NCBI GenBank assembly: GCA_965203485.1
Contig: OZ241892.1
Coordinates: forward strand, 3,040,001 to 3,104,000
Direction: 5' to 3'
DNA from: Longimicrobiales bacterium
GTDB taxonomy: Bacteria > Gemmatimonadota > Gemmatimonadetes > Longimicrobiales > Gaopeijiaceae
Length of the DNA stretch: 64,000 nucleotides
The stretch's first letter is position 1. Each line of letters starts with the position of its first letter. The translations under genes were made by a program, and so were the position numbers. Shown piece by piece: positions 1 to 8,252 of this stretch. The notes beneath the pieces are model-generated. The model worked only from the letters and a program-made list of their open reading frames with translations. It searched no databases and was not told the origin of the DNA.

Positions 1-21
1 GATGAAGCCGACGTTCACCAT
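1..21 (-). CDS. 5' end of a gene running off the window (MVNVGFI...), possibly the TOPRIM/DUF4276-like partner of the upstream ATPase
   Basis: ATG at 21 overlaps the end of the ATPase remnant; only 7 codons are visible. Confidence 0.3.
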
Positions 22-392
22 GGCAAATCGCCGTTGAAGCGATTGGCAGCCATGCCTTGGCCATTCCGAAAGCGTCCATATCGGCGTCGTCGAGATTGCC
101 GGAGGCGACTTGCTTCATCACGGTACGGCCGTCTTTCTTGTCGACGAGAACAAGTTCCGGCAACCGCAGGTGCCGGACGACCGACTCGCTGTGGGTCGTG
201 ATCCAAATCGGCCTTGTGGAATCGGCCATCTCCCGGAGAAAGTCGATGAACTGTCCAATGGCCAACGGATGCAGGCCACGTTCTGGTTCTTCCACCAACG
301 TCAGGCAATCGCGGTCGCATCGGTCGAGAACCGCTACCAACAGGCTGAGCGCATAGAGCGTTCCGTCTGACATCAGCCGCGCCGGGAATCGC
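15..392 (-). pseudogene. C-terminal remnant of an ABC/AAA_21-type ATPase (5'-truncated, frameshift near the 3' end)
   Basis: Manual translation gives RFPARLMSDGTLYAL...LVEEPERGLHP...WITTHSE (signature, Walker B, H-loop). There is no Walker A. AWL continues as ANRFNGDLPW* only after a 1-nt shift at about 48. Confidence 0.75.
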
Positions 393-519
393 CACCGGAA
401 TAGGCAACGATCCAGGGATGCCGATGGTTTCTCTTGTACTCTGTTCGAAGCAGACGCCGTATGGCCTCAAGCCGCTCCGGGAGATCACGTGGGGCCACGC
501 GGCCGCTCGTCGACGTCAC
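373..519 (-). pseudogene. dndC: N-terminal stub of a DndC-like (PAPS-reductase family) phosphorothioation protein
   Basis: GTG overlaps the desulfurase stop (GTGA). It reads ...LEAIRRLLRTEYKRNHRHPWIVAYSGGDS then stops, resembling the DndC PW(I/V)xx(Y/F)SGGKDS motif. Not in the ORF track. Confidence 0.65.
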
Positions 520-1757
520 CGGGCTAGCCTTCGAAGTGATTCGACAGCAACATCTAAAGACGAGACAACATGGTCAATATCTGCCGCCGTCGTAAAACGA
601 CCGATGCTTATGCGGACGGAGGACCGAGCACGAGCCTCATCGTATCCGAGAGCAGTCAGGACATGCGACGAGCGAAGGTCCGCCGACGTGCAGGCAGATC
701 CCGTGGAAACGGCTACGTCAACCAACGCCAACATCAACGAGTCAGCTTCCACGTCTCGAAAGGCGACGTTCAGTATCCCAGCCGCTCGATTATTGGCAAT
801 GTCGTTGCACTCGGCACCGTCGATCCGATCCAGATGCCAACGAAGGCGGCCGTCCAGGGAACGAACATGCGCCGCGTCTCCGCAACGACGTCGCCGAACC
901 ACAGCGGCGGCACGACCCATTCCAACGACTTGGTGTGTGGCGAGCGTGCCGGAGCGCAGGCCGGACTCGTGGTTGCCTCCGTGCATCTGCGGAACCAGCT
1001 GAGTGAGGAGCGATCGACGGACCCGTAGCACACCTACCCCTTTGGGGCCATACATCTTGTGTGCGCTTATCGATATGAAGTCGGCGAAGGAGATGTCGTG
1101 CATTGACAACCGAGCGGCGCTTTGAGCCGCATCGACATGAAGCAATGCAGAATGTCGTCGCAGAACCGGCTCTAGGTCGGCGATATCGGTGATGACGCCC
1201 GTCTCGTTGTTCACTTGCATCAGCGACACGAGGATGGTATCCGGCCGGAGGACCCCAGCGAGTCCTGTCGCCGTGATGGCTCCGTCCTCATCGGGTCGGA
1301 TATAGCTCACCTCGAAGCCCTGTGCCTCAAGCCACATGATCGTGTCGAGAACGGCCTTGTGCTCCAACGGAGACGTTACGATGTGTCGGCCGATGCTCTG
1401 GCGGGCAAGGGCAGCTCCCTTGAGCGCAAGGTTGATGGCCTCCGTCGCGCCGGACGTCCAAATGATCTCCTCCGGCTTTGCGAATAGCAATGACGCGACT
1501 TCTTCCCGCGCATGCTCAACGGCTTCTGCGGCCGCGAGACCGTAGGCGTGGGTCGACGCCGCGTTGCCAAACGAGGTGGTCGTTTCGAGGAAGGCGACCA
1601 TGGACCGCACGACCTCTGGATCAAGGGGCGTCGTCGCCGCGTAATCCAGGTAGACGACATCGCTCCCATCGGCAACCGTCTCTTCGGCAGGATCGCCGCT
1701 GAGTGCTCGCCCGTGGGCCGAATCCGCAACGGGCCCGCCAAGCGCAACAGGCGTCAT
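516..1757 (-). CDS. PLP-dependent cysteine desulfurase, IscS/DndA-like
   Basis: YLDYAATTP, TSGATEA, HVDAAQ, SAHKMYGPKG, RSGT, STGSAC motifs; ATG 1757 with a GGGAG SD; followed by the dndC stub. Confidence 0.93.
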   Translation of the reverse strand: MTPVALGGPVADSAHGRALSGDPAEETVADGSDVVYLDYAATTPLDPEVVRSMVAFLETTTSFGNAASTHAYGLAAAEAVEHAREEVASLLFAKPEEIIWTSGATEAINLALKGAALARQSIGRHIVTSPLEHKAVLDTIMWLEAQGFEVSYIRPDEDGAITATGLAGVLRPDTILVSLMQVNNETGVITDIADLEPVLRRHSALLHVDAAQSAARLSMHDISFADFISISAHKMYGPKGVGVLRVRRSLLTQLVPQMHGGNHESGLRSGTLATHQVVGMGRAAAVVRRRRCGDAAHVRSLDGRLRWHLDRIDGAECNDIANNRAAGILNVAFRDVEADSLMLALVDVAVSTGSACTSADLRSSHVLTALGYDEARARSSVRISIGRFTTAADIDHVVSSLDVAVESLRRLAR

Positions 1758-2059
1758 GACGACCGACTCCCACGGGGTCGGGCCTCCCGGAACCAGCGGA
1801 CCGCCAGCCACCGTGCTGCCAAGACCGCCGTCGGATGTCGAAACGCGGACTGGCCAACTGCCATCGGGGCTGCTCTCGTGGAAGGGACGAGCCGGGGGGG
1901 CTGGCGGTCAAATTAACGAACGGCCGACGGCGATGCAAGACGCCCGCTCGGAAGCTTGCGGAGAGTCTGGGATCTGGGCTTCCAACAGAGCCCCGTGCCT
2001 GCCCGCCGGACGCGACACCGGCCTTTACTTTAAATGAGCAGAGACTCCCTCGTTGGTCC

Positions 2060-3330
2060 TCGCCAATCAGGAACATTTGATCGATGTCCCATAGGAACAT
2101 GCCGCCGCCCAACGCGAACGATTGGCGAAGGGGACCTACGAATCGGCTTGGGGCGACCTCAAGGCCACCGGGCCGACGGCGGCCTACGTCCGCGACGCTA
2201 TCAGGGACAAGTGAACACGGCTCACGGGCGCAAATGATGACCAACCACCACCACCAGGACAAAGGACAGCACGATGACCAAGACGACCACGGCCGCCCTG
2301 CCGCCGGAACTCGCGGGCTTGGCCAAGCCGCCCCGTTGCCGCTTCGGCGCGGTAGAGTGGTTTCAGGGGCAGAGACGCTTTGCCGTGCGTCTCGATGACT
2401 ACCAGGCCGGATACTGCCGTGACGCGGGCGGCTGGGGCTACGAGTGGCGGCTTGGCGACCTCAAGGCTCGCGGGCCGACGGCGGCTTACGCCCGCTCCGC
2501 CATCAAGGACGTTTGTGGCGGACGCTTGGGCGCGGGCCGTGCTCGCCGAGGCGCGGGCGGACCGACTTCTGGCGACTTTCTGCATCAATGTTGCGTAATT
2601 TCCCCGACGGCCGGGCCTTCGACGTGGAGGGCGCCGGGCCTAGTAGCCTCTCCCGGCCCAGCCGCATTCCTCCGCCCAATCAATCCCGAGCACGTGGCGA
2701 AGCGCCTTCCCGGCCGCGCCCGGGGACGTCCCATGCGCCCGGGCGAAAGCCGCCAGCGTAGGCCACTCGCCAGACAAGGCCGCCTCCGCGAGACGGTCCC
2801 GCTTGGCGCGGACGGCTTGGCAACGCTCGAGGGCGGCGCGGGCGTTGCCTTGGTCGTCGGAAGTGACGGCCGGTTCTGCCCGGCGCTCGAAGGGCGCCGG
2901 GTGCGGACGGACCGGGCGGCGCCAGTAGTCGGGCAGGGCTAGCGCTCCAGCCAGCGGCGTTCCTTGCGGGCGTTACGTGCGACTTTTGGCGGCCGCCCGA
3001 TTGGCCGCGAGCTCAAGCCGCACATCGGCGCGGCCCAGTGCGCCGGGCGACGCGGGCGGCTTCGGCGGTTGCCGCGAACTCCGCCCGGTCCCGCTCGTCC
3101 TCGGTGAGCGGCGGGCCGAAGAGAGCCCGGCGCATCGCGGCGTGCTCTGCGCCTTGCACCTCGGCGGCCGTGGGCTCGAACGGACGTTTGGCCTTGGCCG
3201 CCGGGCCGCCCTTCGGCTCGGCGCCGGGGGCGAACGGCCGGACCTCGGCACCTAGCTGGCGCGCCCGTGCCTCGCGGACATCGGCTTGCTCCGTGCCGTC
3301 GTGGAGGCTCCGACTGTACGTTATGGGCAA
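2060..3330. other. Decayed accessory (phage/MGE-like) region with small broken ORFs
   Basis: Duplicated GDLKA.GPTAAY.R.AI.D coding motif (about 2152 and 2454); on the minus strand a frameshifted ORF with an HTH-like stretch TLAAFARAHGTSPGAAGKALRH (about 2640-3030). Confidence 0.35.
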
Positions 3331-3443
3331 AGGACGGCCGCAAGCCAGAACGACAACCAGCCGGGGCGGAGGCGAGGCCGACGCGGCCGACCTGCCACCC
3401 AAGACGGAGTCGTCGTGGAATGTTCCCAGGAAGAACCCGCCGC

Positions 3444-5879
3444 ATGAGCCGCCGGGCCAGCTCGCTCGTGGGGATCCCGCCCTGGTCGCGCGCGCCAGTT
3501 GCGAGCGTCCTTGGCGCGGCCGCCCTGCTGGTTCTGGCGGGATGCGTGCCGGACGCGCCCCGCCGCGCCGGCGAGACCGGACCACGCGCGGGCTACGGCG
3601 AAGCCGCCGAGGTCCTGGCCGCGACTATCGAGCGCGAGCGCGAGCAGAAGGACTTGGCCGCCGTCTCCATCGCCGTCGTGGACCGAGACGGGCTCGTCTG
3701 GGCCGCGGGCTTCGGCGAGCAGGCGCCCGGCGTCCCGGCCGGCCCCGAGACCGCGTACCGGGTCGGCTCCGTCTCCAAGCTGTTCACCGACATCGCCATC
3801 TTGCAGCTCGCCGAGACGGGCGAACGCGACATCGACGCGCCCGTCGCCGAGTACCTGCCCGACTTCGCGCCCGCCGGGGCCGCGGCGGACAACCCGATCA
3901 CGCTGCGCCAGCTCATGTCGCACCGCTCGGGCTTGGTCCGGGAGCCGCCGCAGGGCCACTACTTCGACGACACGGGCACGACGCTGGCGGCCACGGTCGC
4001 CAGTCTGAACGGCGTTCCGCTGGTGTACGAGCCGGGCTCCCGCGCGAAGTACTCCAATGCGGGCGTCGCGGTCGCCGGGTACGTGCTGGAGGCCGCGAGC
4101 GGGGAGCCCTTCGCCGCGTACGTGAAGCGCGCCGTGCTCGACCCGCTGGGCATGACCGGCAGCGCCTTCGCGCCGGAGCCGGAAGTCGTGGACGACCTCG
4201 CCCAGGCGTGGATGTGGGGGCTGGACCGGCCCCGTTTCGAGGCGCCCCGCTTCGAGCTCGGGATGGCGCCGGCCGGCAGCATGTACTCGACCGTGCTGGA
4301 CTTGGCGCGCTTCATGGAGGCGATGTTCCGGCGGGGCGAAGGCGAGCACGGGTGGATTCTCCAGCCCGAGACGCTGGAGTCCATGTGGGAGCCGCAGCAC
4401 GGGGCGCAGGGCGGGACATCGGGCTACGGATTGGGCTTCTACGTCACGGAGAGCGACGGCCGACGGCACGTCGGGCACAACGGGGCGATCTACGGGTTCT
4501 CGACGGCGCTGTTGTTCCAGCCCGACGAGGGAATCGGCGTGGTGGTCGCGTCGGCGGTGGACGGCACCAACACGTTCACTTCGCGCGTCGCGACCGCTGC
4601 CATGGTGTACATGTCGGCCGCGCGCGACGGCGAGGCGACGCCGGCCGAAGCGTTGCGCGGCACCGACCCCGTGGCGCCGGAGCTGGCCCGCGAACTCGAG
4701 GGCGCGTACGGCGAAGGAGAGACCGCCGTGGAACTCGAAGAGCGGAACGGCCGCCTGTTCCTCACTCCGTCGCGTGGCGGATTCACGGCGGAAGTCCGCG
4801 CCCGGGGCGACACGCTGGTGGTGGACGGCAAGCTGGCCTCCGGCGCGCGCTACGTCCGGGACGGGGCGGGCTTGGTCGCGCTCGCGGACCCGCCAAGAGA
4901 CCGCGTCGCGCTGCCCCGCCAGCCGTCCCAGGGGCTTCCCCTTCCTCCGCCCGCGCACTGGGAAGGCTTGATCGGCGAGTACGGCTGGGATCACAACGTC
5001 CTCTACGTCCTTGAGCGGCACGGACGGCTCCACGCGCTGATCGAATGGTTCTTCCTGTACCCGCTGGAGGAGATCGACCGGGACCTGTACGCGTTTCCCG
5101 ACTGGGGCCTCTATCACGGCGAGCGGCTGGTCTTCTCCCGCGACGACGCCGACAGGGCAACGTCCGTGGAAGCGGCGTCCGTCGTCTTCCCGCGCCGCGA
5201 AGTGGGCACCGTCGCGGGCGAGACGTTCCGCATCGATCCGGTTCGCCCCGTCTCCGAGCTCCGTCCCGAAGCGCTGGCCACCTCTCCGCCCGCAGAAACC
5301 GGTTCCTTCCGCGAGCCCGAACTCGTGGACGCGACCTCGTTGGAGCCCGGCCTCCTACTTGACGTGCGCTACGCGACGACGAACAACTTCATGTCGTCCG
5401 TCTTCTACCAGCAGCCTCGCGTCTTCCTCCAGCGCCCCGCCGCCGAAGCCCTAGTCCACGCCCACCGCGCCCTCGCCGCACACGGCTACGGCCTGCTCCT
5501 CTACGACGGCTACCGCCCCTGGCACGTCACCAAGATGTTCTGGGACGCCACGCCGGAGTCGCAGAAGCTCTTCGTCGCCAACCCCGCCAACGGCTCGCGC
5601 CACAACCGAGGCTCCGCCATCGACCTCACCCTCTACGACCTCGCCACCGCCCAGCCCGTCGAGATGGTCGGCGGCTACGACGAATTCTCGCCCCGCTCGT
5701 TCCCCGACTACCCCGGCGGCACGTCCCGGCAACGCTGGCTGCGCAAGCTGCTGCGCCGGGTAATGGAGGCCGAGGGCTTCACGGTCTACGAGGCGGAGTG
5801 GTGGCACTTCGACCATGAGGACTGGCGGGAGTATCCGATCTTGGATCTGACGTTCGAGGAGGTGGATTCGCGGCCATGA
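3444..5879 (+). CDS. Lipoprotein: serine hydrolase (beta-lactamase class C-like) fused to an M15 D-Ala-D-Ala dipeptidase (VanX/DdpX-like)
   Basis: Lipobox LAGC; SVSK, YSN and HNG motifs; C-terminal DGYRP, SRHNRGSAIDLTL, EWWHF. Confidence 0.9.
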   Translation: MSRRASSLVGIPPWSRAPVASVLGAAALLVLAGCVPDAPRRAGETGPRAGYGEAAEVLAATIEREREQKDLAAVSIAVVDRDGLVWAAGFGEQAPGVPAGPETAYRVGSVSKLFTDIAILQLAETGERDIDAPVAEYLPDFAPAGAAADNPITLRQLMSHRSGLVREPPQGHYFDDTGTTLAATVASLNGVPLVYEPGSRAKYSNAGVAVAGYVLEAASGEPFAAYVKRAVLDPLGMTGSAFAPEPEVVDDLAQAWMWGLDRPRFEAPRFELGMAPAGSMYSTVLDLARFMEAMFRRGEGEHGWILQPETLESMWEPQHGAQGGTSGYGLGFYVTESDGRRHVGHNGAIYGFSTALLFQPDEGIGVVVASAVDGTNTFTSRVATAAMVYMSAARDGEATPAEALRGTDPVAPELARELEGAYGEGETAVELEERNGRLFLTPSRGGFTAEVRARGDTLVVDGKLASGARYVRDGAGLVALADPPRDRVALPRQPSQGLPLPPPAHWEGLIGEYGWDHNVLYVLERHGRLHALIEWFFLYPLEEIDRDLYAFPDWGLYHGERLVFSRDDADRATSVEAASVVFPRREVGTVAGETFRIDPVRPVSELRPEALATSPPAETGSFREPELVDATSLEPGLLLDVRYATTNNFMSSVFYQQPRVFLQRPAAEALVHAHRALAAHGYGLLLYDGYRPWHVTKMFWDATPESQKLFVANPANGSRHNRGSAIDLTLYDLATAQPVEMVGGYDEFSPRSFPDYPGGTSRQRWLRKLLRRVMEAEGFTVYEAEWWHFDHEDWREYPILDLTFEEVDSRP

Positions 5880-5907
5880 TCAAGATTGCCGCAAGCCACG
5901 CCGGACG

Positions 5908-7032
5908 GTGGCACCGGAGGAAGAGGGTCGCGAGGTGACGGATTGCCCTAAAGGAGCTTCGCCCGCAGAGTTCTCGATTGAGCGGAAAGAGATCAAGGAA
6001 CTGCTCGATGCTACGATCGCCGCCGTGGCGACGCGCGAGTATCACCGACTCCAGACGCACGAGCGTGACGGTGATCAGTGTTGTCGCAAGATGTGCAAAG
6101 CCCTTGAGGATTTGCTAGCCTTAGGGAAAGGTACGCCTCCGGATTATACCGATGAATGGCTGGCACTGGCCTACTTGACATGGTACCAACCTCGTCAGAT
6201 CAATCTCGTGGCATCGATATGTCTTCACCGTAAGCTGTCGCCGTCGTCAGGCAAGTTTCTTGTTGTCGACGTTGGTTGCGGTGCCTTCGCCACACTCATC
6301 GGCATGGCGATTGGCCTTGCAATGAGAGGTGTTGACATACCTGGAGAAATCGTGATTCATGGTGTCGATCCTAGTGAGACTATGAAGCGCATGGGTAAAG
6401 AACTACTATGCGAACTGAAAAGGAGGACTTTTGAGATAGGTTCTAACTTGGGCAAACTGGCCCGACTTCTAGACAGAACATCGATAGAATATAATTTCAC
6501 AACATTAGAAGATTATCTTACGACTCCAAATTTGCCGTCATTCTCTTCATACGGCACTATATGGCTTACGATAACTCACGCGGCCTATGACCACAGAGAA
6601 GAAGAATACGGAGCAGGGACATTGAAAAATCACGTTGACAAACTTAAAGAGCAAATTCGTAAAGAGAGAGTTGATGCTGATCTGCAACATACTACAATTG
6701 TGACCGGTATGGACGGAGCTCCTGTAGAGCACGTTGCAGGCGGCGGAAATGGACAGACAAAGGACTTTACGGACTGCGACTTATTCAAGGGCAATTGTTC
6801 CAAGATTACATCCCTGCGTAGAGATATGGCCGATGCGCTCTTCCCTTGTTTCGATGATCTTGCACTGGATGACAAAAGACGCAAGTACAAGAAACTCTTG
6901 TGGAAGACAGTAAAATGGGATCTTTCTTCACGAGAAGCAAAGATCGACCGGAAGATCGCAAAGACCGCCATATTTGTTGACCGAACATTTGTTGACCGAA
7001 CGCGATATGAAATCAAACCAAGGATCAAATGA
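5908..7032 (+). CDS. Hypothetical protein with a class I SAM-binding motif (methyltransferase-like)
   Basis: LAYLTWY...FLVVDVGCGA...IHGVDPS; markedly lower GC than the flanks; start may be GTG 5935. Confidence 0.6.
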   Translation: MAPEEEGREVTDCPKGASPAEFSIERKEIKELLDATIAAVATREYHRLQTHERDGDQCCRKMCKALEDLLALGKGTPPDYTDEWLALAYLTWYQPRQINLVASICLHRKLSPSSGKFLVVDVGCGAFATLIGMAIGLAMRGVDIPGEIVIHGVDPSETMKRMGKELLCELKRRTFEIGSNLGKLARLLDRTSIEYNFTTLEDYLTTPNLPSFSSYGTIWLTITHAAYDHREEEYGAGTLKNHVDKLKEQIRKERVDADLQHTTIVTGMDGAPVEHVAGGGNGQTKDFTDCDLFKGNCSKITSLRRDMADALFPCFDDLALDDKRRKYKKLLWKTVKWDLSSREAKIDRKIAKTAIFVDRTFVDRTRYEIKPRIK

Positions 7033-8051
7033 CATCTATCCAACGGCATTTGCCTCTGCGGAATGATGCACCGGGTCCCCGTACCATCGGTCACACCAAC
7101 ATTGAAGACGCCGACGCTAGCGGCATTCTTACGCCGGCGACGGGCTTCATGGATGCCTACGACTACACGCTCAATCCATATTCCGGATGCTCGTTTGGCT
7201 GCACCTACTGCTACGCGGCCTTCTTTTCCCGGAGTCCCGAGGACCGGGATTCATGGGGTGGCTGGGTGCGAGTAAAGCGAGACGTGGTTGGCCTTTTGTT
7301 GAAGGAACGCAAGAAACTATTGAAGAAGGCAAAAAGTCTGGTCGGCCTTCGTATTTACATGAGCACGGTTACGGATCCGTACCAGCCGATCGAGCGGAAG
7401 CGCAAACTCACGCGAAATCTGTTGACGATGCTCGTCGATTGGCGACCGAAGCTGGTTGTGCAGACGCGCAGCCCGGACGTGGTGCGGGACATCGACCTCT
7501 TCAAACGCATCGTGGACGCCGGTGGGCACGTCCAAGTCAATCTCACCGTAACAACGGACGACGACGATGTGCGCCGCACCTTCGAGCCGCACTGCCCTAA
7601 TAACAATGTGCGGCTGAAGGCCGCCGCCAAGCTTCGCGAAGCCAATGTGCAGACGTGCATCACCATGACGCCGCTATTGTGGGTAGCAGACGCTAACGGG
7701 TTCGCGAATCAGCTACTTGACACGAAAGTGGAGCGGTTCATCGTCCAGGGCTTTCACTTTCAGAGAGGCAAGTTCGTGCGTAACACGAGAGACGCGGCAT
7801 TGCACTTGATAGCACAGAAGTTCGGAATGGCACAGGACTTCGCAAGTGTTCAACTCGCTCTACAACGGCGAACGCCGGATGACCCTCGCCAGCGCAAGGG
7901 GCTTCTCGAGCTTCGAAAGCTTGTCGAGGACCTTAGCAAGCGGTACGGCGAACACTATGACGCCGCTCACGACGTTCTGCGCGACCGGATTGAGCAGGCC
8001 GGTCTGCCACCCCCAGGTGAAGGCAAGGACGGCTTTCGCCCCCCGTTCTAA
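7029..8051 (+). CDS. Radical SAM protein, spore photoproduct lyase (SplB)-like family
   Basis: LNPYSGCSFGCTYCYA (CxxxCxxC), STVTDPYQP, QTRSP, FEP; ATGA overlap with the upstream gene. Confidence 0.88.
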   Translation: MTSIQRHLPLRNDAPGPRTIGHTNIEDADASGILTPATGFMDAYDYTLNPYSGCSFGCTYCYAAFFSRSPEDRDSWGGWVRVKRDVVGLLLKERKKLLKKAKSLVGLRIYMSTVTDPYQPIERKRKLTRNLLTMLVDWRPKLVVQTRSPDVVRDIDLFKRIVDAGGHVQVNLTVTTDDDDVRRTFEPHCPNNNVRLKAAAKLREANVQTCITMTPLLWVADANGFANQLLDTKVERFIVQGFHFQRGKFVRNTRDAALHLIAQKFGMAQDFASVQLALQRRTPDDPRQRKGLLELRKLVEDLSKRYGEHYDAAHDVLRDRIEQAGLPPPGEGKDGFRPPF

Positions 8052-8252
8052 GGGTGGTGCCGTCGAACGCGATATCTCCGCACGGACTCCGACCTGGGCC
8101 GCCCCCGGATTCGGGGCCGTGCAAGGAACTGCCGCACCGACGCCGGAGGCGGGGTTGCGAGACGGAGTCGGTTGCGGAAGCGAGTCCGGATTTCCGGCTC
8201 CCGCGCGACCGCGACGTGACGCCAGCCACCAAGCGTCCCCGACACGGAACTC

